Position numbers and translations under genes: made by a program. From positions 248,001 to 312,000 of the IMG/VR virus record IMGVR_UViG_3300042558_004148: a DNA stretch of 64,000 bases; one strand, given 5' to 3'. Positions within the stretch are counted from its first letter, which is position 1, and every line of letters begins with the position of its first letter. This document shows positions 41,784 to 54,318 of the stretch, piece after piece. Under the pieces are notes generated by a model. The model had not been told where the DNA came from, ran no database searches, and saw only the letters and a program-made list of their open reading frames with translations.

Positions 41784-42791
41784 ATGGCACACACACCAGC
41801 AACAGGAACAAGAAAACCGATGTCAGACGAAGCTAGAGCTAAGATTGCAGAGTCGGTAAGAGCAGCAGCAGCAAAGAAGAGAGAGGAGCAGGGGTTACCA
41901 CCTCTTACTTCCAGTAGTACACCAGCACCAGATTTCATGGAACGCCCATTGGAATTGGTTCGTATGAGTGAACAGAATTTCCCGCCGGATCTATTCGTAC
42001 CTCTTAAAACAGGTAAGCCGGTTGATTTTCTATTCACCCCACAAGGAGGTATACCTAAGGCTTGTAACTTCATGCTTATTGGAGGACCAGGGGTTGGTAA
42101 GTCAACCGTATCGTTAGATATGCTATCCGACCTTGCACTTGAAGGTAACAAAGTTCTATTCATTTCAGCGGAGATGACGAGGATCGACCTATATGGTTAT
42201 GTCCAACGTTTCCCTAAGTTTGGTGAGGTTGATATTCTATTCACCGGTGAGTACTGTGACAGCAATCCAAAGACGGTTATCGAGCAGGCTCTGAAGCCAG
42301 GTTACGATGTGGTCTTAATTGACTCCTTCGCTGAGGTACAGGAAGATATCAAGGAAGTACTAAGATTGGGAACTTCCGGTGCTGAGAAGTGGTTGATTGA
42401 TCTAATGCTAAGTCATAACCTTGGAGGTAATGATGCTACAAAGAATACCACGTTCATAGCAATCCAACAAGTGACAAAAGGAGGCGTTTTCGTTGGTTCT
42501 AACAAGCTTAAGCACAATACCACAGGTATGCTTGAGTTACGCTTAGATAAGGACAGTGGCTCACCTTATTTGATCTTTACCAAAAACCGTAGAGGTCAGG
42601 CAGAAAAAAGAATGTTCTATTCACTATCCGAGACAGGCGATGTACACTACGACCTAAAACGTTTCAACAACGATGAGAACGCTAGAGAGGCTTTGGCTCA
42701 CGAAAGAACATTAATCGAAGGTGAAGGAAATGCTTTCGATGAAATGTTTGGCTTTAATGAAGCTAATGATGATTTTGAAGCTGGGTTATAA
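41784..42791 (+). CDS. RadA/Sms-like RecA-family ATPase
   Basis: GGPGVGKST Walker A, SAEM, VLIDSF, KNRRG; start adjusted. Confidence 0.75.
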   Translation: MAHTPATGTRKPMSDEARAKIAESVRAAAAKKREEQGLPPLTSSSTPAPDFMERPLELVRMSEQNFPPDLFVPLKTGKPVDFLFTPQGGIPKACNFMLIGGPGVGKSTVSLDMLSDLALEGNKVLFISAEMTRIDLYGYVQRFPKFGEVDILFTGEYCDSNPKTVIEQALKPGYDVVLIDSFAEVQEDIKEVLRLGTSGAEKWLIDLMLSHNLGGNDATKNTTFIAIQQVTKGGVFVGSNKLKHNTTGMLELRLDKDSGSPYLIFTKNRRGQAEKRMFYSLSETGDVHYDLKRFNNDENAREALAHERTLIEGEGNAFDEMFGFNEANDDFEAGL

Positions 42792-42861
42792 AAAACCCAG
42801 CTTTTATTTTTTTATCCGGTATTCTATTATTATATTTGCTTCATAATCAAAACAAACATCT

Positions 42862-43956
42862 ATGAAAAAATTTGAAACAATCTCACAATCTCTATTCGAC
42901 CAAAGATCAGCAGAGGCCATTTTAAAAACTCCAATCAGAAAGGAAGTCAGTCTGAAGGATATCGAAATAGTAAAACCCAACACGCTAAAGGTTGAGGATA
43001 AACTTATCCGAATGAATAGCGATGCATTCAAAGGTATCTGTAAGGTTGTTGGCCTACCGGTAGGTTTCGACAAAACATTCTCCTCAGCATTTGGGGATAA
43101 GGCTAGACAGGCTTTAGTTAACAGGTTAAAGGTGGCTGTTCAGGCTAAAGGGGCTACGAGCCTATCATTGGTAGTTAACCCTGACAGCAGAGAGATCGTT
43201 AGTGTACAGAAGGATCCAAGAGATCTTATCAGCAACCAGATCTTTATGGAGACAACCGGACGTATTATTGATAAGTACAACCTATCAGTAAACAACTTCT
43301 CAATTGGGGATAACGGAGGTGTGGTTATCAATGCATCTTCACCTAACAACTCTTGGGGTGTAAAGGGGTTAAGCGACGAAGATCATTACGGAGGTGTTAC
43401 CTTCACTAACAACCCAGAGGGTGGCTTTAGAGTTTCACCTTTCATGTATCGATTGGTTTGCGCAAATGGTATGATTGGTACAGCATTCGATGAGAGTATG
43501 GCTCTTGGTCAAATGGACAGGATGTCAATGGAAAGTTTCTGGGACAGATTAAACCTTCTAGCCGATAGAGGATTTCAACCTCTCCAATTCGAAGAGAAGC
43601 TAAGAGCAGCTATGAACACCAGAGCATCACTATTCGAGTTGGAGTCAACACACGAAGCTCTAAGAAGATTTTCAGATGCGGAGCATAAAGAGTTGGAAGC
43701 TTGGGTACCTTTGCACACAACGAGAGAACGTTTCCACGGTGCAAACATCGATACAATCTTGTTAAACCCACAGCAAAAGAAGAGTGCTAAAACAGGAACA
43801 ACAATCTGGGATCTTGTAAATGGAGTCACGCATTTCGCTACCCATGATAACGGTATCAACATCAGCGACTACGACCGTCGCAGACTTCAAGTTCAGGCAT
43901 CACAGTTACTAAGTAAAAAATATGATATGGCAAATATCATTTCGAGTCCTTATTAA
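42862..43956 (+). CDS. DUF932-like protein
   Basis: YRLVCANGMI motif. Confidence 0.55.
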   Translation: MKKFETISQSLFDQRSAEAILKTPIRKEVSLKDIEIVKPNTLKVEDKLIRMNSDAFKGICKVVGLPVGFDKTFSSAFGDKARQALVNRLKVAVQAKGATSLSLVVNPDSREIVSVQKDPRDLISNQIFMETTGRIIDKYNLSVNNFSIGDNGGVVINASSPNNSWGVKGLSDEDHYGGVTFTNNPEGGFRVSPFMYRLVCANGMIGTAFDESMALGQMDRMSMESFWDRLNLLADRGFQPLQFEEKLRAAMNTRASLFELESTHEALRRFSDAEHKELEAWVPLHTTRERFHGANIDTILLNPQQKKSAKTGTTIWDLVNGVTHFATHDNGINISDYDRRRLQVQASQLLSKKYDMANIISSPY

Positions 43957-44237
43957 TGGCTAAGAAGCCAAAGAAGATATTAAGAACAGATAACCAGGAG
44001 CAAAGAGAAGAGCTCCTGGTTATTCTGCGTAAGTACTATCCAAAGGGAAAGGATGTCTCACAGTATGAGTTTGCTTATAGCTTACCCGCGGAGAGATTGG
44101 AACACTATATACAGATGATGGATCCGGCCAATACATAGTATGGGACTAACATACTATGCGTGCGAGGCCTCGTTGCGGGATAGATTTGGTTTTATTTTTT
44201 TATCTGAAACCAATTTATTATCTTTACCAATATCAAA

Positions 44238-45765
44238 ATGAATCATATGTTAGTAATACTTAAGAGATCAGTGTTTTCAAGGTTTAGTGGATCACTACCC
44301 AAAGGAGCAGTAACAATATACAACGAAGATACCGGATCTATTATGATAAATCCAAAATCAACCAATCCAGTTTGGTTAAGTGTTGATGCAAAGAAAACGT
44401 TCACCCCAATGGAATGGGATAAAGTAAAATAACATGGTACACATTGTTAAATTTGATGATCTTGTATTTGTCCCGCACCATCTTCCTGATTCGATCAAAA
44501 CCGAGGTGGGATTTGCAGACGGCAGTAGCGTATCAATAGTTGCTGGTCCTATGTTATATGGCGACGGTGTTAACACCTTTGAGGTGTTTTTCTCAGATGA
44601 AGATAATCCCAGATGTTGGCAGACCAGAGAAGAGATTGAAGAAGAATTCACAAAGAGAGGCATTCCGTTCATTAACATGATTTAATTTTTTTATCCGATA
44701 CCAATTTATTATCTTTGCTAAACACCAAAAATATAAACAATGTACACATTAAAGACACAGTACGAAACATATGATGTTCGTTTGAAGTTCGGAAGATACA
44801 ATAACAGAAGAACCGCTATCGAACTAATTGATCTTGAGGATGGATGCCCAGTCATGATGGCGACGGTGAATCTACCAGACGTATCGCTTTCAGATGATGA
44901 AGTTATCATAAAGAACTATTCAGAGAATGAGGGCGTATTAGAATTTCTAATCGAAAATGGAATAGTAAGTGAACCAGTAAGAACTGTATCTTCAGGTTGG
45001 GTTACTTGTCCGGTTGTTAAATTACTTAAACAGGATTAATCATGGATCTGGATAAGTTAATAGATACAGCAGATGAAAACAGGAAAGAATTAGTTTGGAG
45101 AAAAGTGGTAGGATCTGATTGGGAAAAAGAAAGGGAAAAAGTAATGGGATACATTTCTGGATTATCAAATAGGGATGAACTAAAAAATGAGTTAAAAAAG
45201 CTATCTGATAAATTTAGAGATCTAAATAGAGATTTAACAAAAAGTATGGAAGCCCAGAAATTGGTTGACCTTGGGTACTTCAGAACTCTTGATGAAGCTT
45301 TACTAAGAAGAAATATCGAAGATGGTATAATAAACAAGCTTCATGAAGCAACTCCAAAACAGTTGGATGCTATCACGGACAAGTCAAAGGGATTCTTCGT
45401 ATACTACAGAGATTTCTACAATGATGTTGAATTTTTTAAAATATCTGAAAATGATAATTAATACCAGGGAAGAAGAAATTAGAATGACCCAGATCTATAT
45501 CGAGATGATCCGAACCTCCGGCAATAAAATTGAATTCGTATACGATTCTAATGTTGACCATGAGGTAAAAGAGAGACCAAAGTTTCGAATGCTTAACGGA
45601 CAAAGTTATGTTATACATCATAATGGACATACCACGGAGAGATATAACGAATTCACTATGACTGGTAAATTCGATGGTGGATTCACGTCAATCAATTTTG
45701 GTATAGATAGAATGATTTGCATGGCACCTTTCATAATTGATACTGTATTCGAAAAAATCCAGTAA
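44238..45765 (+). other. five hypothetical early genes (44238, 44434, 44740, 45042, ~45451)
   Basis: promoters at 44196 and 44687. Confidence 0.55.
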
Positions 45766-45828
45766 TTATTTTTTTATCTGAATCCAAATTTCTATATTTG
45801 CTCTATCAACAAACTAAAACAAAAAGAT

Positions 45829-46263
45829 ATGGGATTTTTTAGCTGGAAAACGTGCGATAATGGTGAATCAATTGCTAATGTGTACTCAGGGAAACCAACA
45901 TACACTGTACACATGATCACACCTGATGGTAGAGTATTTACTGAGAACGAGTATGATGGTTACGGTGAATTTGGAGGAAAGGACTTTTATGAATTACTTG
46001 CTGAACTAAATGGTCTTGGTTCAGACCGAAGTGCAGGAATCGATCTTTGCTTCAAAAATAATCCAAATGGTGATAATACACCGGGAGTGATTTATCCTAA
46101 GTTGGTAGAGGATTTGGAATCAGATGTGGTAGCTCAGTACAATAACTTACCCAATCCAGAAACATGTGAAGCTCAGGGTTACTTCTACGGTGATGAAGAG
46201 GAAGATGAAGATGAGTGGGAAGATGAGGACGAGGATGAGGATGAAGAAGATGAAGAAGAATAG
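45829..46263 (+). CDS. hypothetical early protein with acidic tail
   Basis: YDGYGEFGGKDFYELLA; ends at TAG followed by terminator. Confidence 0.7.
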   Translation: MGFFSWKTCDNGESIANVYSGKPTYTVHMITPDGRVFTENEYDGYGEFGGKDFYELLAELNGLGSDRSAGIDLCFKNNPNGDNTPGVIYPKLVEDLESDVVAQYNNLPNPETCEAQGYFYGDEEEDEDEWEDEDEDEDEEDEEE

Positions 46264-46716
46264 TTTGTTTGTTTGGTTATAAGAAATGGGCCTCGTGATG
46301 AGGTCCATTTCTGTTTGTAGCGGTTGCTAAGAATTCCTACCTGGCAGGGAGGAAACACCGTGGGTTAAAAATTATTTGATATTATTTTTTTATCTGGAAC
46401 CGATTACTTATATTTGCTCTGTAACTAAAACAAATAGCATTATGGAGATTAAAAAATTATTCTGTGTGGCTTTCACCGGTCAGGAAGATTGGGACAGTCC
46501 AACAATCTTACACGTTAGAACAACTGATAGAGATTCAGCATTAAAGATAGCTTTAAATAAAATTGGATTCACTGAAGAGGCAGCTGACTCAATGGCGGAA
46601 GAAGGACTCAATGACTATTTGGTAATTGAAGTTGACGATATAATTGAAGAATAATTTTTTTATCTGGAAATAATATATTACTTTTACTTCATAATCAAAC
46701 TAAAAACAAAAAAGAT

Positions 46717-47133
46717 ATGGCAACACGTTCAAGAATTGGAATCGAAAAAGAAGATGGTACAATACTTTCAGTATACTGTCACTGGGATGGTTACCCATCA
46801 CACAATGGAAAAATATTATTAGAGAACTACACTGACCGAGAGAAAGTTTTAGCTCTAATTGAATTGGGAGCAATCTCAATTCTGGCTAAGAACTTAACAC
46901 CGATTGATGGTGATGCTCACGATTTTGAGAAACCCGCTAAGGATGTGGTTGTGGCTTACCACAGAGACCGAGGTGAAGGACTTCAAATCCCAAGAGTTAA
47001 TGCTTCATTGGAAGCTTTCTCAAGATCTGACTTTGAACAATATGGTTACATATTCACAAAAGACAATCAATGGAAAATAACATTTGGAAGTTCCAGAATT
47101 GCAGACCTAACTCCGGAAATGTGTAAGGAGTAA
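46717..47133 (+). CDS. conserved phage early protein
   Basis: MATRSRIG...SVYCHWDGYP. Confidence 0.7.
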   Translation: MATRSRIGIEKEDGTILSVYCHWDGYPSHNGKILLENYTDREKVLALIELGAISILAKNLTPIDGDAHDFEKPAKDVVVAYHRDRGEGLQIPRVNASLEAFSRSDFEQYGYIFTKDNQWKITFGSSRIADLTPEMCKE

Positions 47134-47953
47134 TAAAGAATTTGTTTGGTTGGTTGGAAGAAGGGTTCGGATTTTGTCCGGCCCTTTTTCTTTTTTGTTT
47201 AATGTATTTGCAAATTGGTTAAACAAATGGTAAACACCCCGGAACATAGTATGGTAGTAACATACCATGCACGCACGCACATTTCCGCGGAAATATTTTT
47301 TTATCCTGAATCTTTTTATTATATTTGCTAATCAAAACCAAAGCCATGAACGAACTAGTAGAAAGAACAAAAGAACATTTTGATAACAACTATCCTCACA
47401 TTCACCTAAGACAATTGGATGATAGAGAGATTGCATCCATATTATCAACCTCTCATATGCAATTCAATATGGACGGATCACCGTTACCATTTGATAAAAA
47501 AATGTATCTGTTGTATGATTACCTTTTATCCCAATCCCTAGTAGATGTCGACGAATAATAATAACGACGGTGTTATCCGTAGACGATCAGTGTTCAGTAA
47601 GAAAGATTATTATTTCATCTTTGGACAGATGCATAAGACTGTCGACGGTGTTTCCATGAAAGACAGATGGGTTAGAGTAAGAGCAAGAAATGAACGTGAT
47701 GCAAAGATAGTATTCGAGAATGAATTCACATCTAAGTACATGCCCTCGGTGAATTCCTATAGCCGATCAGTACCCAAGAAAATAATGTATGGCAGAAAAA
47801 TTTCTAATTCATGGCTCGACCCGCTAGAAGACCCGCTATCAGTTTTTCCTGATGGAGAGTATATGTTTTTTGATCAAAAATATATTCCGTAATATTTTTT
47901 TATCTGAACCGGATTACTTATATTTGCTATGTAACCAATTAAAACAAACAAAC

Positions 47954-48202
47954 ATGCCAGTATTAAAAAACATTTCACACGAAACATTAAGAAACAGATT
48001 AAGAGAAGGAGCAGTTACCTTTTCATTTAGAAAAACTGATGGTTCGCTCAGAAGAGCATTAGGAACTTTGGATTCTTCAAGAATTCCAGAATCAGGAAAA
48101 CCAAAAGGAGGAACACCACCTCCAGGAGTAACAACATTCTTCGATTTGGAAAAATCAGCTTGGCGTTCGGTTTCATATAGACAGGAAATCTGGGTTGATT
48201 AA
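47954..48202 (+). CDS. WYL_2/SH3 beta-barrel-fold protein
   Basis: VTFSFRKTDGSLRRALGTL...FFDLEKSAWRS. Confidence 0.7.
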   Translation: MPVLKNISHETLRNRLREGAVTFSFRKTDGSLRRALGTLDSSRIPESGKPKGGTPPPGVTTFFDLEKSAWRSVSYRQEIWVD

Positions 48203-48409
48203 CCCACCACTTTCATAGTTTAGATTTAGGCGAAAAAGGTCTGGAAATTCCAGACCTTTTTTGTGTGTGGTGTTTTCTGGTGTAGCAGTAGGGAAACACC
48301 GTCGCCAACGGTGGATGTCCAGATGTGAGTAGCGAAAATTAATTCGGATACTATTTTTTTATTACCCAGAAATTTCTTATATTTGCTATGTAACTAAAAC
48401 ATTATACCT

Positions 48410-50182
48410 ATGAACAAACATGAAGTAATTGGAAAAACAAGAACCTATCTAACAACGGTGGGAATTGAGGAAGGATTGGATTACATAATAAGTCTTCAAG
48501 GACCAACGATAATCCCAACTGAATCCGGATCTGATAAATTCACGGATCCTATCAAAGATGAGGTCGGTAAGTTGAGAGCAAAGTTTTTATAAAGATTCAA
48601 ATTCATTTTAACTTAGAAAGGTCTGGTAATTCCAGACCTTTCTTGTGTGTGGTGTTTTCTGGTGTAGCAGGAGGGAATCACCGTCGCCGGAGGTGTTTCT
48701 CTCCTGCCCAACCAGCTGGTCTGGAAATAAAAAATTATTTGGAAACTTTAACGTTTGGCATCGTTGCTATCTAAAAGAGAATCGTTATATTTGCTTAACA
48801 ACCAATTAAAAGAATCGTTATGAGCAGAGACCAATTTTTAGCAATGAGAAGAGAATTCATAAATTTAATTGAAGCACTAAGAAAGGAACATCAAGCATTT
48901 CAGGTTATCCAATCTAAGAACATCGAAGTACGAATTTGTTTAAACTAACCAATACACCATACACATGACAACAACAACTGAAGCAGCAAAAACAAAGGAT
49001 GAGTTATTAGAGCAACTCAATCACATAATGGAAAGATTTGATTTCGAAAAGGTTCATGCCTATATGAAGTTAACCAATTGGAAATGGATCGATGAGGTTC
49101 CCTCGGTGAATAAGCTGAGAACAACAGCAGAAAGACTTCTATATGATGTTATAGCTTCTGATGACCCAACCACAACTTCAGGTACTGGAGGATTCACAGC
49201 ATCCAAATTCACTTGGGGAATACAATTGGCATTCTCAATAGAGGTTAGAAAAAGTTTTTAAAAATATCTGGTTTAATTTTTTTACCAGAGCAGGAATAGT
49301 TATCTTTACATCATAATCAATAATCAATAATCAATTAAAACAAAAAAGACATGAGCAGATTAAGAGACCCAAAAACAGGAAGATTTCTTCCTAAGAATGC
49401 AGGACCACAAGCTTCAGCATCAGCATTGACTTTAGGTCAAAAGATTCACAGAGTACTTACATCAGGTATGAAGGTGTTTGGAAAGAAAGACATCTCAGGT
49501 AATCCAACCTCCATGCCTCAAGGATCCTCGGTGATTTTGGAGAAGACAGCAGAAATTGGACCAACAGGTACACACGTTGTCAGAGTTAAAAAAGAAAATT
49601 CTACCAGAACTTTCTACACAACAGAAGAAGAAGTTTAGAAATAAAAACATCTATGATAAAGGAGACTTTGTAATGAAGTCTCCTTTTTTTGTGGACTAAG
49701 CTAATGCAATTCTGGATGAGCTGTATCCGAACACCGCCGGCAACGGTGCGCCAGGTATAGGTTGATCGGATTTTATAGTTTACTATCAATAGTCAATAGT
49801 CAACTGTTTATTTTTTTATCTGGAACAGATTCGTTATATTTGCTTTATAACCAATTAAAACTAATGAGCATGAAAAAGAAAGAGAAAGCAATTGCACCAA
49901 ATTCATTCTGGGCAACCCAAATGGGACACAAGGACAACGGTGGATGGGACAACGATTCGTGGGCAACTCAAAGAGGATAGGATGAAAGTTAAAGTATTTT
50001 TCGAGGAGAATAGCGCCAAACTCCAGAATCTGGTGAATGAGTGGTTGGAAGAGAATTCAGGGTTTCAGATATTACAAATTCATCCAGTAGTTTCTAGAGC
50101 ACAGGGGGGTAGCGGACTTTATATGACCATTGTTTATAGTGAAGATCCTAATAACACATTCTCAAAATTAACCGATAGATAA
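48410..50182 (+). other. monocistronic small early genes (48410, 48965, 49351, ~49863, ~49982)
   Basis: most have their own promoter and terminator. Confidence 0.55.
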
Positions 50183-50666
50183 TTTTTTTATCTGAAACGG
50201 ATTACTTACATTTGCTTTATAACCAACTAAAACAAAGAAGAATGAACACTTTCAATTTTATTTTATATTACATTTTATGTGCAATGGTAGGTATTCTAAT
50301 AGGATTATCCATATACAGTAAAACTAGAAAATAAACACTAACCAACTAAAAACAATACATTATGTCTAAAACAGAAAAAATTATCACAACAACATTCCAA
50401 GTTTGGAGCATTGGATTAGGAGTTATCACTTTCGTTGCACTCGCAGTTACAATAGTAAACCTGATAACAGGTAACTATTGCGAAACAGCTTCCTTTGAGT
50501 TTTAACCTCACACACTCATTAAATTATTAAACCTGGACTAACCTCCAGGTTTTTTTGTGGGTTGCGGAGAAATTCATTTAAGCAGAGAGAGCTGCGGAGA
50601 AACACCGTCGTCAACGGTGTTTTCCGATCTTAGTCTAGGATATATAGAATAAAAATATAGACATAA

Positions 50667-50984
50667 ATGAAACATCTTAAAATTTTCGAAGGATACTCAC
50701 CAAAGAGTAGATTCCCTAGTATCGCAGTATTCCTTGCAATACCTGCTGATAATGATAGCATGAAGACATCTTACCTTAAAGAAAAAAGCGGTAAATCAGG
50801 CGATGTTAATAATTCAATGGTTAATGCTGATTATGTTGTAAGAGGTATAGGTTCCTTACTTTCAGAAATTGAAGAAGCTGGACTGGATGCTAGATATAGT
50901 GGTGCTATTAAAAAAGCAAAAGCTGCTTTAATTCCTGCGGTTATGAAGACAAAAGAATATCAATTACCTAAGGAAATAGAATAA
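50667..50984 (+). CDS. CTS-like N-terminus protein
   Basis: MKHLKIFEGY; GGATATATAGA upstream. Confidence 0.7.
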   Translation: MKHLKIFEGYSPKSRFPSIAVFLAIPADNDSMKTSYLKEKSGKSGDVNNSMVNADYVVRGIGSLLSEIEEAGLDARYSGAIKKAKAALIPAVMKTKEYQLPKEIE

Positions 50985-51485
50985 TTAAATACATCTCAAC
51001 TGAAGACTCCTATTGGAGTCTTTTTTTGTGGACTATTGCTTAACTGCTGCTCTACTGTCAAACACCGTTGCCGACGGTGTTTCCCATCTCCACATCCAAA
51101 ACTAGTATATCCTATACATAGTATGGTAGTAACATACCACGCTCGCGGGGGAAATAAATCTCATTTTATTTTTTTATCCGAACCTAATACATTACTTTTA
51201 CTTCATAATCAAACAAACACAAAATAAGCTATGAAAAAATTATCTAAATTTCACTTTGCATTATTAAGTCTATTGGTTCCTGTTGGTTTCGCAACTCTTG
51301 GGTTCGTTATCAATCCTTCTGGTTTGGGAACTAATTTAATTTGGGCTGCATATGTTTTAATTTTTATTGGGGGAGCGTCTGTTGGAATGTTGTTGCGTAA
51401 ATAAAAAAGAAAAAAAATTATTTGATTATTTTTTTATCTGAACCTAATACATTACTTTTACTCCATAATCAAACAACATACACCT

Positions 51486-51767
51486 ATGAAAAGAATTGGA
51501 TTTGGAATATTAGCGATAGCATTATTATTAAACTTGGCATCATGCGCCGATGTTGAGGTTGTAAAGGAATGTGTAAGTGATAACACATATGGTTTCTGGG
51601 GAGGACTTTGGCACGGCATCGTAGCACCTTTCAGTTTCTTCGGTTCATTAATCTGGGACGATATTAGTATGTACGCTGTTAACAACAACGGTGGCTGGTA
51701 TGATTTTGGATTCATACTTGGAGTTGGAGGTTTAACTTTCGGTTCAGGTAGAAAATCCAGTAAATAA
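51486..51767 (+). CDS. small lipoprotein/membrane protein
   Basis: LAS-C lipobox; GFWGGLWHG. Confidence 0.7.
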   Translation: MKRIGFGILAIALLLNLASCADVEVVKECVSDNTYGFWGGLWHGIVAPFSFFGSLIWDDISMYAVNNNGGWYDFGFILGVGGLTFGSGRKSSK

Positions 51768-51825
51768 TTTTTTTATCTGATTAGGATTCATTACTTTTAC
51801 TTCATACCAAATAACACTCAATATT

Positions 51826-53228
51826 ATGAACGTAGAAAAATGTGAAAGATGCAAAAAACCGACAAATGGAACAACCATCATGTCGATGTTTAATACTCAA
51901 GTTATCTGTATGCCTTGCAAAGATGAAGAAAAAGAAAACCCAAGGTATATGGAAGCTGTAGAAGCTGATAGAAAAGCTATCGCAAAAGGCGATTATAATT
52001 TTAGAGGAATTGGTTTGGTTTAGTTTGGTTGGTTAAAAAGATCCGGAATTATTTTTTTATCCGGATCTTTTATATTACTTTTACTTCATAATCAAACAAA
52101 AACAAAAACTATGGCTAAGGAATTATCAAAAAGAGAGAAAATAGAATTAAAGGTTAATCTTGCTGTTGCGAATTACTTTCGTGAGAATATGATTTCAACC
52201 AGAGTACCTTTTCATATCATACAGGATCAGGAAGCAGTTGGTCACATCATTAATATCGGAACAAGTATAATGATGAATAAGATTGGCATTGATACTTATC
52301 CGGGGAGTTTCGTAAAGGCAATACTCGATAATGATCTTCATGGAGCATTCTCAAGAGCAGACCACATCAATTCCCAGGTCCTAGGATTCTACATCACAAT
52401 GATGTATAATCTAGGTATCGATGTTACTAACGAAGAAATTGAAGAGTTAAAAGTATAGTTTGTTTAGTTTGGTTGGTTAAATGTGGAAGAGGCCTCGTGT
52501 ATGCGAGGTCTTTTTTTGTGGGCTGATGCTAAGCAACAGTTTCCAACAGCTCTCCAGCATCTCACCGTCGCCAACGGTGTTTCTCCATCTACTCTACGGT
52601 TGGAGGAATTCTTGGAATTGATATTAACGATGAGGTCCTGATCGGATAATCCAGGTACACCGTTGAATGGAATGATTGGGGTTTTATTTTTTTATCTGAA
52701 CCTAATGTTCTATATTTGCTCTGTAACCAAATAACAAACACTATGAAAAAAGATACTACTATCAAAGCTGGAGATTTATTAAAAGTAACAACATCAGATG
52801 GTGAAGTTGGAGTTGGATTTGCTTATCATTCAGTTGAGGGTATACCTGACTCTGACCTATTAATTGACATATCCTGGAGAACCGGAGGTTCGACCGAGTG
52901 TGTCGACTTAAATGAAGTTGAAATGGAATTTGAAAAAATTTCATTTTAATATTAAATAATTTTTTTATCTGAACTTAATGTTCTATATTTGCTCTGTAAC
53001 CAAATAACAACACTCACTATGAAAAATTTATTCCACGTATTAGGATTTTTAGCTTGCATGTTAATCGCAGTAGGAACTGCAACAGGACATGTTCAATCAG
53101 TTATCAGCTTCGAAGGTGCTGCTAATGAGATGACATTTTGTTTATTATCCTTCATGGGAGCAGCTGGATTTATGTTCAGCGCATTATCAAAAGATATAAA
53201 GGCTGAGAAGAGACATGGATTTGAGTAG
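51826..53228 (+). other. four monocistronic early genes (51826 Cys-rich, 52111, 52743, 53019)
   Basis: each with own promoter. Confidence 0.6.
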
Positions 53229-53428
53229 GTTCTGCTAACTATTTCAAATTCAGAAAGGAAAGAGGCTTTGGCCTCTTTTTTTGTGGACCAAGGTTAAGCA
53301 TCAGATTCCAACAGCTCTCCAGCAACTCACCGCCGGCAACGGTGTTTATGCATGCACATGAAGATTCATGATTATACATATGATTAAGCTATTTGATATA
53401 TACATCATAAAATAAACCATATCATATA

Positions 53429-53770
53429 ATGATTATAGCTAAATTAAATCCAGGTATTTCTATTATCAAACAAGAAAGTCCATTCGAAGCGCCGGTGTCC
53501 ATCACTTATGATTGGATGACAGTATTTATACCAAGATATATCCCAGGTGCTGCCAATTTCAATGTGAATCTATCTTATGGTGATGCAGTAATGAATGATG
53601 AACCAACACCAGCACCAAAAAAATTCAGAGGAGTTAAAGCCATATCGGTGGGTCTAACTGCTGGTGAAATTTCCAATTGGGGAACTAATGATGTTGTACT
53701 TCTAGAGATATTAGCAACAAAAATGAATCTTACCATAGAAAACACCTACGAAATAGATGATGACATATAA
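53429..53770 (+). CDS. hypothetical protein behind a GATATATAC motif
   Basis: ORF with late-type motif upstream. Confidence 0.6.
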   Translation: MIIAKLNPGISIIKQESPFEAPVSITYDWMTVFIPRYIPGAANFNVNLSYGDAVMNDEPTPAPKKFRGVKAISVGLTAGEISNWGTNDVVLLEILATKMNLTIENTYEIDDDI

Positions 53771-53791
53771 TAAAATTAAGTATCGCATATC

Positions 53792-54103
53792 ATGAAACAT
53801 CTCCAACTATATGAATCTTTCCATCACGAGAAAGAGTTGGTCTTCAAGTCAAGACAAGGTAGGGTAATCACCGTGAACTTATTAGGTGGTCGTATAGAAG
53901 ACATCGATAACCAAGCAGGAGTTAGATTCCCTTTCATGAAAGGACAGCAATACACAAGAACTATAGAGACATGGGCATGTAATAATGGATTCACTATCAA
54001 CGGTGAAGACACTTGTCCTGAGAAGAAAGTATTCGGGATACGTACATCAGACATTCCACAAGGACATGAGCTAAGAAGACTTTTTCCAAATAAGTTTAGG
54101 TAA
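53792..54103 (+). CDS. CTS-like N-terminus protein
   Basis: MKHLQLYESF. Confidence 0.7.
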   Translation: MKHLQLYESFHHEKELVFKSRQGRVITVNLLGGRIEDIDNQAGVRFPFMKGQQYTRTIETWACNNGFTINGEDTCPEKKVFGIRTSDIPQGHELRRLFPNKFR

Positions 54104-54318
54104 GCGATCATCTGATCGGTAAACTCCTCGGGTCGGTTGGATCCGAGGTTTTTTGTGCTTCTACATCTTCTGACATCTACTTACATCTTCTGACATCTAC
54201 TAAACATCTGCTCTACATCTTTTTCACCGTTGGCCAAATTTTATTAAAAAAGATTCTGTTTTATTTTTTTATCCGATGCATTATACTTATATTTGCTATG
54301 TAACTAAAAATAAAACAT

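Larger units (their letters stand above)
29777..51141. repeat. five dispersed copies of CATASTATG-N7-CATASTATG
   Basis: 29777, 31290, 44134, 47245, 51117. Confidence 0.85.
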
